Shown here piece by piece: positions 49,977-60,209 of a DNA stretch of 64,000 nucleotides; the first letter of the stretch is position 1, and each line of letters starts with the position of its first letter. This stretch comes from Acidobacteriota bacterium (GTDB lineage: Bacteria > Acidobacteriota > CAIWXX01): positions 257,306-321,305 of the forward strand of contig JBFMAF010000032.1 of the NCBI GenBank assembly GCA_040755995.1, given 5' to 3'. Position numbers and translations under genes: made by a program. A model generated the notes under the pieces. It was not told where the DNA came from, did no database searches, and saw only the letters and a program-made list of their open reading frames with translations.

Positions 49977-50882
49977 TCAGTGGGCTATGCGGAGAATGCA
50001 GTACAACAGAAACAACAGAAAATCGACGATATCGCCTGCGTCGGGGGATCCCCATTCGATGGTCGGCCATGATGTCCCAGCTGACTTTCGTGCGGTGTCT
50101 GAGTGCTTCGGCGCGCATTCCCTGTTCGCACGGGTTCGAAAAGCAGGAGAAGCCACGTCCAGGTCCCTGATGTCCCTCAGGCCGCCAGCCGCCACGAAGT
50201 CCGCGATCTTGCGCAGCTCCCCCTGGTCGAGCCAGATCCCGTGCTTCGCGCACTCATCCACAATCACCCCGCTGACGTGTGCGAAGTTCAGGCGCGTCAT
50301 GTGCTCGGAGCATCTCGGGCAACAGACGAAGAGATCCGGGCCGGCGCTATCCTCATTCGATACCGCCCTGGCGCGCTCCGCGCAGGGTGTGAACCCAAAT
50401 CGCCGAGCCTGGCGATCCACGAGATGCTCGAAGACGTCCGTCTCTATCCAGAGTCCCTCGCAATCCGGGCAGCTGTGCACGAACAACCGGCGAACGGGGC
50501 GCTTGAATAGTTGCTGCGTTCGGCATCGAGGACATCGCAGCGAGCCCGGAGCCGGATCGGGGGCCACCGGATCGATCGCCCTGCCGCACGACTGGCAGAA
50601 GCGGCTGTCGCGCGCCGTGCGGCAGAAGCAGAAGGGGCACATCCAGACCAGGCGCGACGGTTCCATCGTGGGGAAGCTGCCGCACGAATCGCACGCGGCA
50701 AGCGATGCGGCGCGCGGCGATCCGCACGTCTCGCAATAGGAGAATGACGGAGGGCGCGGTCTCGCAGTCTGAACGCGGATCTCTGAGCCGCAGCGGCATT
50801 TCAGGACCTCGCCCGCCGCACGCGATGCCAGGTCCCACTGGAGACCACACTGCGGGCAGGCCGCGATGCGCTTCAGTCCCAT
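49977..50882 (-). CDS. Multi-zinc-ribbon protein (double zinc ribbon plus TFIIB-type zinc fingers)
   Basis: Many CxxC pairs; CPDCEGLW and VDECAKHGIWLDQGEL. Confidence 0.75.
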   Translation of the reverse strand: MGLKRIAACPQCGLQWDLASRAAGEVLKCRCGSEIRVQTARPRPPSFSYCETCGSPRAASLAACDSCGSFPTMEPSRLVWMCPFCFCRTARDSRFCQSCGRAIDPVAPDPAPGSLRCPRCRTQQLFKRPVRRLFVHSCPDCEGLWIETDVFEHLVDRQARRFGFTPCAERARAVSNEDSAGPDLFVCCPRCSEHMTRLNFAHVSGVIVDECAKHGIWLDQGELRKIADFVAAGGLRDIRDLDVASPAFRTRANRECAPKHSDTARKSAGTSWPTIEWGSPDAGDIVDFLLFLLYCILRIAH

Positions 50883-50921
50883 CGACTTGCAGAGGGCAGC
50901 GCGTCACGAGCCATCGTCCGC

Positions 50922-52241
50922 TCAGACGCCGAGAAGCTCGAGATATGCGCCCAGACGGTTTGCCGCCTGCTCCTCGGAGAACGCGCGCGGATCGCTGTGG
51001 TCGGCCTCCAGAAGCAGCGACGGCAGTCCGCACTCGCGCGCGAGCCGCGCGCACTGATCCACCTGCCCGATGGAGTAGGGCTTGCAGGAGCGGTCCGAGT
51101 GCAGGATGACGCCGTCGATCCCGTAGCGCTCCGCCAGCCGCTTCATCGTCGCGAGCTTGTGCCCTGTGCCGCGATTCAGAATCGGATGAAGGTACGTGCG
51201 CGCCGCGGACTCGAACGGGCGCTCCGGATCGATCATCGGCGCCAATTCGCCCCACGCGTTCGTGTACGTCGATGCAATGAGCGCCACACCGCGCCGGCCG
51301 AGCAGCTCCGCGAGGTACCGCAAGCGGTACCATATCGGAAGGTTGTCCCACAAGAGGCGCTTCTTCTCGTTCCGGACCGCGCCCACACCTCCGGCCACCC
51401 GATCATCCACCTCCTTCAGCATCCTCGAGTAGAAATCCACGGTGTAGGCTTCGCCGCGCATTTCGACGACGGGAGCCATGTGGATGAACTGATCGAAGGC
51501 CGAGATCGGCGCGGGCCGGTGGACGGCCCGGTCGAGAATCTGCATCCAGAGCTCGACGGCGTCGCGGCTGTGCCGCGTCACGTCTCTAAGCCGCCGCTCA
51601 TCTAGCGATTGTTTCGCAACCTGCTCGGCCACCGGCACCGACTCCTCCAGCTGCCGCCTGACGTATTCGATCGCGTGCTCCTGGGCTTCGCTGTAGATGA
51701 AGGGCGTATCGATCAGAATCAGCGGCACCTTCAGCCTGTCCGCCAACACCTGGTACCAGAACAGAACTGTCTGGCAGATGTTGGTGCACGCCACCAGAAG
51801 GTCGGGCCTGGGCAGACGCCCCGCAGGGGTTCTGCCGGAGAGCACCGAGCCGATGTCGGTCCGGGCGTACGAGCAGATGTCGCGCGAGTAGCCGGCTTTC
51901 TCTGCTTCGCCGCAGATCTCCTCGGCCACCCTCGTCGTCCCGCACACGGCTGCATGGTTCTCGGGGTAGAGAACGAAGAAGTCGAGCGCGCGGAGGAACT
52001 CCACGGGTGCGCCCGATGTCACCCAGGCGACTTTGCGCCGGAGGTTCGCGTACCGGCCTTGCAGGTAGTGGCTGAAGATCAGTTCCTTGGTGCGAGGAGT
52101 GATCCGGAGCGGTGGAGCCAGATCCGAGCTCCTTCGCGACCGATTGCCGCGGAGCTCCGCCCGCCACCGCCGGCCTCGCAGTGCGACCTTGCCAAACACG
52201 TTCACGTTCCAGTGGTAGGACACGAGGCCGCCGATGCTCAT
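50922..52241 (-). CDS. 2-hydroxyacyl-CoA dehydratase / benzoyl-CoA reductase-like subunit (HgdA/BcrB-like)
   Basis: [32 protein letters not shown] and LEADHSDPR. Confidence 0.88.
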   Translation of the reverse strand: MSIGGLVSYHWNVNVFGKVALRGRRWRAELRGNRSRRSSDLAPPLRITPRTKELIFSHYLQGRYANLRRKVAWVTSGAPVEFLRALDFFVLYPENHAAVCGTTRVAEEICGEAEKAGYSRDICSYARTDIGSVLSGRTPAGRLPRPDLLVACTNICQTVLFWYQVLADRLKVPLILIDTPFIYSEAQEHAIEYVRRQLEESVPVAEQVAKQSLDERRLRDVTRHSRDAVELWMQILDRAVHRPAPISAFDQFIHMAPVVEMRGEAYTVDFYSRMLKEVDDRVAGGVGAVRNEKKRLLWDNLPIWYRLRYLAELLGRRGVALIASTYTNAWGELAPMIDPERPFESAARTYLHPILNRGTGHKLATMKRLAERYGIDGVILHSDRSCKPYSIGQVDQCARLARECGLPSLLLEADHSDPRAFSEEQAANRLGAYLELLGV

Positions 52242-53338
52242 CCGATCATCTCCAGAAACGCCTCCAGCCGCGTGAGCGCGCTCTGCGACAGGGGATCGGA
52301 GAGGTCCACTTCGAGGTTCAGCGTGCGGACACCGATCTCCTGCAGCCCGGTGCGCAGCGCCGGCAGCTGAAACAGCTCGGGTTCGCAGAACTTGATCGTG
52401 TAGAAGACGACTCCTCTGGCGCCGCTCGTGCCCGCGAGGCGCGCAAGGTGAGCGAGCCGGTCCTGGATGCTGCAGCCGCGCATCGGATCCGGCGGTCCCT
52501 GGATGATGCTCTCGGCCATCCGAACGAAGGGCTCCGAGCTCCGGCCGGCGGGGTAGAGCCTGCGGCCGCAGCAAGCGAAGTCGTCGGATGCGACCCTTCC
52601 ACCCATCTTCTCCAGGCTCCGGAGCATCTCCATCGGCTCTGGCACGATGCCTGACATGAGAACGGGTATGTCGTCACGACGGGGATAGCCGCCGGCCCGA
52701 GCGATGATCGTCTCTGCGAGCGCGCACAATCTGTCGGCCGGGAGAAACTCGCGCGAGCGCAACACGCGGTAGAGGTCATACTGCGACAGCGGGAGCTCCG
52801 TGCGCCGCTGATGCAGATCCGCCAGCCAGCGGTCGGCGGCCTCTTCCTGTTCGATGCATTCCATGAGGCGCGTCTCGGAGGGCGTGTACGCCGTGAGCTG
52901 CTCCAGGCGATTGGATAGCGAGCGAAGCTCGGAGGCCAGGAAAGTCAGATCGCTCGGGCGATTGCCGCGGGGCAGATAGATCGGATAGACGGGGCGGGCA
53001 GGGGTGATGAAGTCGATGAGGACGCTGGCCAGGCCCTGGAGCGAGTCGCATGTGTGAGGGACGATGATGAGATCGGCGACGTCGAGGCCTCCGCCGAGAA
53101 CGAACGCCAGGGCGTTCCTGGCGATCGAGCAGATGTAGGGCTGGAGGTGGGTGGCGGCGGATGAGGCGTCGATCTTCGGCGGCCCCCAAACTTCGACGGG
53201 CAGGATATCGAACGCCCGAAACAGCGCCCGCGGGTAGTGAATCGGAAGCACTGCCGCCACGCGGCCACCGCGACCCTTGAACTCGCGAATCACCTCGGCT
53301 CGGCGAGGGATGCTGACGGCATCGTTCGGCGTGCTCAT
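52238..53338 (-). CDS. 2-hydroxyacyl-CoA dehydratase / benzoyl-CoA reductase-like subunit (HgdB/BcrC-like)
   Basis: [28 protein letters not shown] and [10 protein letters not shown]. Confidence 0.88.
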   Translation of the reverse strand: MSTPNDAVSIPRRAEVIREFKGRGGRVAAVLPIHYPRALFRAFDILPVEVWGPPKIDASSAATHLQPYICSIARNALAFVLGGGLDVADLIIVPHTCDSLQGLASVLIDFITPARPVYPIYLPRGNRPSDLTFLASELRSLSNRLEQLTAYTPSETRLMECIEQEEAADRWLADLHQRRTELPLSQYDLYRVLRSREFLPADRLCALAETIIARAGGYPRRDDIPVLMSGIVPEPMEMLRSLEKMGGRVASDDFACCGRRLYPAGRSSEPFVRMAESIIQGPPDPMRGCSIQDRLAHLARLAGTSGARGVVFYTIKFCEPELFQLPALRTGLQEIGVRTLNLEVDLSDPLSQSALTRLEAFLEMIG

Positions 53339-53528
53339 CCGAGTGACTCAGGTTTGCGCCGTCGCAAGCCGGGAAATCGCCTGTTCATCTCGGCAGGACC
53401 ATATCAGCCCATGGGGTAGTGATGTCAAGCGCCCGCATTGCCCCGCATTGCGAGGCGAAGCAGGACCGGCGCTGCCCGTGCTGCCGCGCGTTGGTGCATA
53501 ATAGGTATGAGTCGAAGGTCGGTCGCTG

Positions 53529-55352
53529 GTGCACAAGGAACTGGTCGGCATCGCAGGAGTCGTTGGCAGGGATCCCTGTCCGAAGGTTGTCCAGGAGAGG
53601 CTGCCAACGGCGAGTCGTTTCGCGCGTCTCTCTCCAGACGGGCGGGCATGCTTCGTTCACGAGTCCCCCGCAGCCTCGAGCTCGGGCCTGGGCTCGGTGC
53701 AGCTGGCTTTCGACGGGCGGATATACAATCATGATGCGTTGCGGCGTGAGCTGGGGGAGCTCGGTCACGAATTCCGCTCCGACGACGATGCCGAGCTTGT
53801 CATTCGCGGTTACGCGCAGTGGGGAGAGGACGTACTGCGGCGGCTCAACGGGGTTTGGGCTTTCGCCCTGTATGATACCGACTCCAGGAATGCGTTTTGC
53901 GCGCGGGACCGCCTGGGCGTAAGGCCGTTCTACTGGCTGGATCGAGACGAACGGTTCCACTTTTCCTCGGAGATCAGGCCGTTGCTACAGCTGAGCCGTA
54001 CCCGCGCCTCTCCACACCGGCAGCGCGTCTGCGATTTTCTGACACATGGAGGGATGTTCGCTGAGGACGAGCACGAGACATTCTTCGAAGGAGTGCGCAA
54101 GCTCCCGCCTGGCTGCTGCATGCAGGTCGACGCCGGCGGCATGAAAGTCCGGCGGTGGTGGGATCCGGAACCTGGGCGTTCGCATGACAACCTCCGGGAT
54201 CCGGCAGCCCGTTTGCGTGAGCTGCTCGATGACGCAGTCAGGCTGAGGGTGGAGTGCGCAGCCCCGTGCGTTGTGGCGGCAAGCGGCGGTCTGGACTCAT
54301 CCGCGGCTTTGTTCCTTTCCCTCCCGTATACGCCCCTCACTCCATCTACCATCTCTCTCTGCCAGACGGTTCCCTTGTTCGATGAGCGCGAATTCATCAC
54401 CCTGGCTGTCCGGGAATCGAGGAGTCGAGGCACGTTCGTTCATCCTACGGCGGAGCGGATGACGGCAGATCTCCCCGAGCTTTGGCGGGCGCATGAAGAG
54501 CCGCTCCCATCGCCCTCGTCATACGGGCATTTCCTGTTGATCAAGGAGGCTGCAGCCCGGGGATTCAAGAACATAGTTTTCGGCCATGGGCTCGACGAGA
54601 TCGCCGCGGGGTACCCCGAGCACTACTCGTTCCATCTCGCAGATCTCCGACTTGCCGGAAAGGATGATGAGTTCGAACGCGAGATCGAGTTCTGGAAGAC
54701 GCTCTATTGGGGCACCAACGAGCTCTACGAGGATTTCTTCCTGAATCATGTCACTCCGTCCGGAACCTGGAACCGCGCTGGGCACGCGGCCGGGATCGAG
54801 GCGGCCTGCGAGCTGCTCACACCCGATTTCGCCGCACTCTGTCGAGAAATCCCGGACTTCCCGCGGCCTTATCCGACGCTGCTGAAGAACGCCCTGTACC
54901 GCGACCTCCGCTTCACCTCCCTACCCACGCTTCTCCGCATCGAAGCTGCGCATTGCCGGGAGCTCGGAGTCGAGAGCCATGCGCCGTTCCTTGACCACCG
55001 GGTGGTGGAATTCATCATGTCGCTGCCGGGAGAATGCCTGATCAGTGAAGGCCAGCCCAAGTGGATAGTCCGGCGCGCGTTGGAGGGCGTGCTTCCCGAG
55101 CCTCTGCGCTGCCGGGTGAACAAGACGGGCCTGAACGTTCCCCTACAGCAGTGGTACAAAGAGGCCCTGGGCGCGGCCTTGCGCAAGGAACTGGACTCGG
55201 GCATGCCAGCCTCACTCGGCATCTTCGACACCGAGAAGCTGCGCGCCGTCGCTTCACGTCCCAACCTCGATCAGCTGACACTCATCTGGCGCGCGGTGGC
55301 CGTGTCGAGCTGGTACGTGCATTTTGCAGAAGCAGGATCGACCTCATGGTAG
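53529..55352 (+). CDS. Asparagine synthetase B-like ATP-dependent amide ligase with a degenerate glutaminase domain
   Basis: ARDRLGVRP, SGGLDSS, GLDEIAAGY and APFLDHRVVEF; no N-terminal Cys. Confidence 0.85.
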   Translation: MHKELVGIAGVVGRDPCPKVVQERLPTASRFARLSPDGRACFVHESPAASSSGLGSVQLAFDGRIYNHDALRRELGELGHEFRSDDDAELVIRGYAQWGEDVLRRLNGVWAFALYDTDSRNAFCARDRLGVRPFYWLDRDERFHFSSEIRPLLQLSRTRASPHRQRVCDFLTHGGMFAEDEHETFFEGVRKLPPGCCMQVDAGGMKVRRWWDPEPGRSHDNLRDPAARLRELLDDAVRLRVECAAPCVVAASGGLDSSAALFLSLPYTPLTPSTISLCQTVPLFDEREFITLAVRESRSRGTFVHPTAERMTADLPELWRAHEEPLPSPSSYGHFLLIKEAAARGFKNIVFGHGLDEIAAGYPEHYSFHLADLRLAGKDDEFEREIEFWKTLYWGTNELYEDFFLNHVTPSGTWNRAGHAAGIEAACELLTPDFAALCREIPDFPRPYPTLLKNALYRDLRFTSLPTLLRIEAAHCRELGVESHAPFLDHRVVEFIMSLPGECLISEGQPKWIVRRALEGVLPEPLRCRVNKTGLNVPLQQWYKEALGAALRKELDSGMPASLGIFDTEKLRAVASRPNLDQLTLIWRAVAVSSWYVHFAEAGSTSW

Positions 55353-55634
55353 GTCCGCGCAGACAAGCAATACCCAGCAGTGGATGCACGCTCTGAATCG
55401 AGGAGGCCGAAGCGTCGAGAGCGCCGCGGGAAGAGCAGCGCGCGTAGTCGGCATCGGCCCGTTCGTTTTGACGGCAGAGGCCGCAATAGCCCCGGGCTTT
55501 CGCGCCTCGTCCTCCTTCACTCCACCGTCTGAGTCGACACGAGCGCGCCGTCCCGCCTCGGCTCGGCGACGTAGGCGATCGCCCCTGCCGTAGCCGCCGC
55601 CGCGCCCCAGTCTCGCGATTGCAGCGAAGACCCC

Positions 55635-55673
55635 TTGACATGCAGCATGAACTATTCTATTATTCCATTGAAT
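55635..55673 (+). promoter_or_regulatory. Sigma70 promoter overlapped by a palindromic ArsR-type operator
   Basis: TTGACA-17-TATTAT; inverted repeat CTATTC-N12-GAATAG spanning the -10 box. Confidence 0.7.
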
Positions 55674-55688
55674 AGGAGCATATAAGGC

Positions 55689-56366
55689 ATGCGAGGACGT
55701 GACTTCAAGGATGCGGTTTTCGGCCAGTTCGCTCTGATCGCGTCGGCCTTCGCCAGTCCCAAACGGATCGAGATCATCGACATCCTGGCGCAGGGCGAGC
55801 GCAACGTGGAGACTATCGCCGCTGAGAGCGGCCTCACGGTTGCGAATACCTCCCGGCATCTGCAGGTCCTCAAGGGCGCGCACCTCGTACTCTGGCGCAA
55901 GGAGGGTCTGCAGGTCTTCTACCGCCTGGCCGATCCGATGGTTCTGAGCGGATACCGCGCCCTGCGGGGGCTCGCCGAGGCACGCCTGGCCGAGGTTGAG
56001 CGGCTGGTATGCGACTACTTCTCGGGCACTGACGGATTGGAGCCGGTGGAGTCGACGGAGCTGCTCAGGCGCGTGCGCGACCGCGATGCGATCGTAATTG
56101 ACGTGCGCCCGCGGGAGGAGTACGAGGCGGGGCACGTCAGGGGAGCGCTGTCCATCCCGCTCTCCCAGCTCAAACAACGCCTGGCCGGCCTGCCCCGGGG
56201 AAAGCAGATCGTCGCCTACTGCCGCGGACCATACTGCGTCCTCGCGGCGGAGGCCGTGCGGCTGCTCCGAACGCGCGGCTTCGATGCCGTGCGGCTGAAA
56301 GAAGGATACCCGGAATGGCGCGATGCCGGCCTCCCGGTCGCATCCGGTCCTGCCGCATCGGCGTAG
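55689..56366 (+). CDS. ArsR/SmtB regulator fused to a rhodanese domain
   Basis: ASPKRIEIIDILAQGE..SRHLQVL HTH; IDVRPREEYEAGHVRGA and YCRGPYC. Confidence 0.92.
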   Translation: MRGRDFKDAVFGQFALIASAFASPKRIEIIDILAQGERNVETIAAESGLTVANTSRHLQVLKGAHLVLWRKEGLQVFYRLADPMVLSGYRALRGLAEARLAEVERLVCDYFSGTDGLEPVESTELLRRVRDRDAIVIDVRPREEYEAGHVRGALSIPLSQLKQRLAGLPRGKQIVAYCRGPYCVLAAEAVRLLRTRGFDAVRLKEGYPEWRDAGLPVASGPAASA

Positions 56367-56384
56367 AGGAGGGAGGGCACGGCG

Positions 56385-56738
56385 ATGAGACTACTCGTGA
56401 TCCTCAACGATCCGCCGTACGGGACGGAGCGGTCCTACAACGGCCTGCGGCTCGCACTGAGCGTTCTGAAGAGCAGCGAAGAGACCGGCGTCACCGTATT
56501 CCTGATGGGGGACGCTGTCGCCGCGGCCAAGGCCGGACAACAGACCCCGACTGGATACTACAACATCGAGCGAATGCTGCGGGGCGTCCTGACCCGCCGG
56601 GGGGACGTCCTTCTTTGTGGAACGTGCATGGATGCCCGCGGCCTCCGCGACGAGGAGATCCTGGAAGGAGGTCGCCGGAGCACAATGGATGAGCTCACCG
56701 GGCTCACGACTACCGCCGACAAGGTTCTGGTTTTCTAA
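56385..56738 (+). CDS. DsrE/YchN family sulfur-relay protein
   Basis: NDPPYGTERSYNGLRLA, FLMGDAV and LCGTCMDARG. Confidence 0.9.
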   Translation: MRLLVILNDPPYGTERSYNGLRLALSVLKSSEETGVTVFLMGDAVAAAKAGQQTPTGYYNIERMLRGVLTRRGDVLLCGTCMDARGLRDEEILEGGRRSTMDELTGLTTTADKVLVF

Positions 56739-56749
56739 AGGGAGAGACA

Positions 56750-57277
56750 ATGACAGAGCAGATAGTCCACTCGATACTACTCGCCCTGCACAACATCGCG
56801 CTGGTCGGCTGTGCCGCAGCGCCGTTCTACAACCGGGCGCTCGTCGTGAAACGCGGCCAGTACGGTCCGAGACTTCACTATGAGCTGGACAAGGTGGTGG
56901 AGGATACTCTGCAGGGCAACACACCATACTGCATCACCTTCATCATCACGCTTTTCGCGACCGGAATTGCGATGCCGCTCAACCACTACCTGTTCCAAGG
57001 ATCTCTTCGGACGACGAACACTGTGGTGCTGACGGCGCTGGCCGTCAAGCTGGTCGCCGTCTTTGCGATGGTGGGGATCATGTTGGTGATCTTCGGCCGG
57101 ATCAACCCGCGCCTTCGCGCGCTCTGGTCCCGCTTCGCCCCCGGCGTGAAGCCTGATGAGGTTGAGGAGAAGGAATTCTTCGCCCTTCGCTCCCGGCGAA
57201 AGGCACTCTGCGAGACCTGCCTCAAGTTCGCCGTGGTCGTTCTCGTGGCCAGCGCCTTTCTCGGGTTCGGGGCGTGA
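56750..57277 (+). CDS. Four-TM hypothetical membrane protein
   Basis: Four hydrophobic segments; His residues in TM1 and a CETC motif near the last TM. Confidence 0.75.
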   Translation: MTEQIVHSILLALHNIALVGCAAAPFYNRALVVKRGQYGPRLHYELDKVVEDTLQGNTPYCITFIITLFATGIAMPLNHYLFQGSLRTTNTVVLTALAVKLVAVFAMVGIMLVIFGRINPRLRALWSRFAPGVKPDEVEEKEFFALRSRRKALCETCLKFAVVVLVASAFLGFGA

Positions 57278-57303
57278 GGATGAAGTCGAATATGGAGGAT
57301 GCA

Positions 57304-57831
57304 GTGAAACCTAACAACGTGAACATGACAGGGATGATGGCCTTCGTCGAGCAGGCCAAGAGCGACCCGGCGGTGCTGAAGAAGCAGAAGCGGGTCGATG
57401 GCGTTTGGAACCTGGCGGAAGGGCAGCCGCAATTTGCGGCGACGCTCGCCTACCCGGCGGGCGAGAGAACGCTCGAGACCGACCTTCCGCCGTTCATGGG
57501 CGGCGCCGGTCTTGCGCCGGATCCCATCCAATATTGTCTCTTCGGCCTGGCGGCGTGTTTCGCAGGGACCTTCGTTTCGCTGGCCGCCATGGACGGCGTC
57601 ACGCTGTCGAGCCTGCGTGTCATCGCCGAGAATCAGCTCGATCTGACGCGCCCGATGGGGCTGGGAGACAAGCCGGTGGTCGAGAAGGTCACGCTGAGGC
57701 TGCTCGTCGAGTCTGACGCAGACGACGCGAGGCTTCAGGAGCTCGAGCGGCTGGCGCGCGAGCGCTGCCCCGGCGTCTACTGCCTGACGCAGCCGATTCC
57801 TCTCGAAACGCGCGTCGAGCGGCCCCGCTGA
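57304..57831 (+). CDS. OsmC/Ohr family protein (start could be 57280)
   Basis: DLPPFMGGAGLAPDP..LAAC and RCPGVYCL. Confidence 0.88.
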   Translation: MKPNNVNMTGMMAFVEQAKSDPAVLKKQKRVDGVWNLAEGQPQFAATLAYPAGERTLETDLPPFMGGAGLAPDPIQYCLFGLAACFAGTFVSLAAMDGVTLSSLRVIAENQLDLTRPMGLGDKPVVEKVTLRLLVESDADDARLQELERLARERCPGVYCLTQPIPLETRVERPR

Positions 57832-57898
57832 CGCCGCGTCTACGCGGGACAGCACGATGTCAGGCGCATAGGGACCAAAGAGCAGGAGTCAAAGCATC

Positions 57899-60208
57899 GT
57901 GATAGGTTTTTCTCTGGTGGAGTTTTCGGTGCGCCGCCCGAGGCTCGTCGTGGGTCTCGCCGCGACTCTCACTATCCTCTTCCTGCTACCGTTTCGAAAG
58001 ATCAGCACGGATACCAATCCGAAGAACATGCTGCCCCCGACCTCAGATGTGCGTCTGTCCAACGACGAGGTCGAGAAGACCTTCGGGCTCTACGAAGACA
58101 TGATCGTCGTCGGGATCCAGAACGACGCCGGCATTCTCAATGAGGCAACCCTGGGGAGGATACAGCGGATCACCGAGGAGACCCTCACGATCGAGGGCGT
58201 GGCGGCAAGGGACGTATCGAGTTTCACGACGATCGACAACGTGACGATCAGGGAGGGGACTCTGACGATCGAGCCCCTCATGCCCCAAACTCCCACAGAG
58301 GTAGCCCAGATCGAGTCACTCAGGGAGCAGCTTTTCGAGAACCCGTTGTTTCTCGGGCGCATCATCTCTCGCGACGCCAGGACGGCGGCCATCTACGTAC
58401 CGCTCGAAAAAGGGGCGAACGGCAAGGCGGTGGCCGATCGCATCCGTGAGATTGTGGCGAAGGAGAACGGCCCCGAGAGGTATTACATAGCCGGCGATCC
58501 GGTGGCGCGAGACACCTTCGGCGCAGTGATGTTCAAGCTGATGGCGATCTTCTCTCCGATTGCCGGCCTGATCATGTTCGTGGTGATGTTCGTGATGTTC
58601 CGCAATCTCGCGCTGCCCATGGTGATGATGGGCGCCGCGATGATCAGCATCATCTGGAGCATGGGCCTGGTGATTGCGCTGGGCTTCCCCATTCACATCA
58701 TGTCGTCGATGAGCCCGGTCTTCCTGATGGCCATCGCCACCGACAGCATCCACATCTTCAACGAGTTGTATTTTCGCCTTCGCGAAGGCAAAGACCGCCG
58801 CGTCGCCGTGCTCGAGACGATGCAGGCGGTCAGCAGGCCCGTCCGGTACACCGCGCTCGCGACCGCCGCCGGATTCGCTGCGCTCATGCTCATGAGCATC
58901 GTGCCGGTCAGGGTCTTCGGCGGTTTGATTGCTTTCGGCACGATAGCTCTCCGGTTGCTGAGCTTCAGTTTCATCCCCGCTGTGTTGATGCTGTTGGACG
59001 AAGGCCGGCTCCTCGGCACGTCGACGGGGGAGGACAGCGAGCGTGGGCCGGTGGCGAGGTGGCTGCGGGCACTTGGCGGGATCGGGGCATATCATCCGGC
59101 GGCCACAGTGATCGTGGCCGTGGTGCTGGCGGCCGGTTCCATTCTTGGAACCACCCGGATCGTGGTCAACAACAACATGGTCAAGTGGTTCAAGGAAGGG
59201 AGCGAGGTCAGGACGGCCGATGCGGTCATGAACAGGGCTTTGGGCGGCACCTCCCTTGGCTACGTCGTGGCGATCTCGGGTTCGCCTGAGGAGGAGCTCA
59301 TCAAGAACCCTGCGGCGATGCGCTACATCGAGGGTCTCCAGCGGGATCTCGAAAAGCTCCCGCTGGTCGGGAAAACAACGTCGGTCGTGGATTACGTGAA
59401 GAGAATCAACCGAGTCCTGCACGGCGACGATCCTGCGTACGATGTTGTGCCGGACTCCAAGGACCAGATCGGCCAATATCTGTTTCTCTTCTCGATGAGC
59501 GCGAAACCGGCCGATCTCGACAACGTGGTGGACTCGGCCTTCCAAAAGGCGAACATCTGGGTCCAGCTGAAGAGCTGGGACGCGGAAGCAATGCGCGAGG
59601 TCATCCGCCAGATGGAGGAGTACCAGAGATCGCATCACGCGGCGATGACCCTGAAGCCGGCGGGCATCGCCTACTTCAACCTCGTGTGGAACGACGAGGT
59701 CCTCTGGGACATGCTCCGAGGCTTTCTCCTTGCGCTCGTCGTGGTTTTCGGTATCCTCGCAATCAACTTCCGTTCGTTCAAGTGGGCGATCGTCGGATAC
59801 ACTCCGCTGCTTCTGACGGTGCTCTTCATCTACGGGGCCGTAGGGCTGATGAGAAAGGACTTCGACATGCCGATCTCCGTGCTCTCTTGCCTGTCGCTCG
59901 GCATGGCGGTCGACTTCTCGATCCATTTCATCAACCGGTTGAGGCAGCGGGTGGCGGAGGGGCCGGAGCCGCTCCCGGAAGCGTTGCTGTGGACAGCCGC
60001 CCGCCCCGGAAGGGGCATCATTCGGAACGCCCTTCTGTTTGCGCTCGCATTCTCGGTGATGATCTTCGCGCCGCTGACCCCATACGTCACCGTGGGCGCC
60101 TTCATCGCAAGCATGATGATGCTGAGCGCGTTGTTCTCTATCATCCTTCTTCCCGCGCTGATCGTACTGCTCCGGCGCCGGTTGTTTTCGTCACAGGAGG
60201 GATACTGA
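57899..60208 (+). CDS. MMPL/RND family transporter
   Basis: Duplicated architecture with ATDSIH and GMAVDFSIH TM4/TM10 motifs. Confidence 0.9.
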   Translation: MIGFSLVEFSVRRPRLVVGLAATLTILFLLPFRKISTDTNPKNMLPPTSDVRLSNDEVEKTFGLYEDMIVVGIQNDAGILNEATLGRIQRITEETLTIEGVAARDVSSFTTIDNVTIREGTLTIEPLMPQTPTEVAQIESLREQLFENPLFLGRIISRDARTAAIYVPLEKGANGKAVADRIREIVAKENGPERYYIAGDPVARDTFGAVMFKLMAIFSPIAGLIMFVVMFVMFRNLALPMVMMGAAMISIIWSMGLVIALGFPIHIMSSMSPVFLMAIATDSIHIFNELYFRLREGKDRRVAVLETMQAVSRPVRYTALATAAGFAALMLMSIVPVRVFGGLIAFGTIALRLLSFSFIPAVLMLLDEGRLLGTSTGEDSERGPVARWLRALGGIGAYHPAATVIVAVVLAAGSILGTTRIVVNNNMVKWFKEGSEVRTADAVMNRALGGTSLGYVVAISGSPEEELIKNPAAMRYIEGLQRDLEKLPLVGKTTSVVDYVKRINRVLHGDDPAYDVVPDSKDQIGQYLFLFSMSAKPADLDNVVDSAFQKANIWVQLKSWDAEAMREVIRQMEEYQRSHHAAMTLKPAGIAYFNLVWNDEVLWDMLRGFLLALVVVFGILAINFRSFKWAIVGYTPLLLTVLFIYGAVGLMRKDFDMPISVLSCLSLGMAVDFSIHFINRLRQRVAEGPEPLPEALLWTAARPGRGIIRNALLFALAFSVMIFAPLTPYVTVGAFIASMMMLSALFSIILLPALIVLLRRRLFSSQEGY

Positions 60209-60209
60209 G

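Noticed and set aside
53400..55620. Lasso peptide cluster around the AsnB-like gene
   Set aside because: No precursor peptide, RRE/PqqD or transglutaminase-like B protein seen
14843..57831. Selenocysteine readthrough in the HesB, DsrE, OsmC or rhodanese genes
   Set aside because: All catalytic positions are Cys codons, with no in-frame TGA at motif positions
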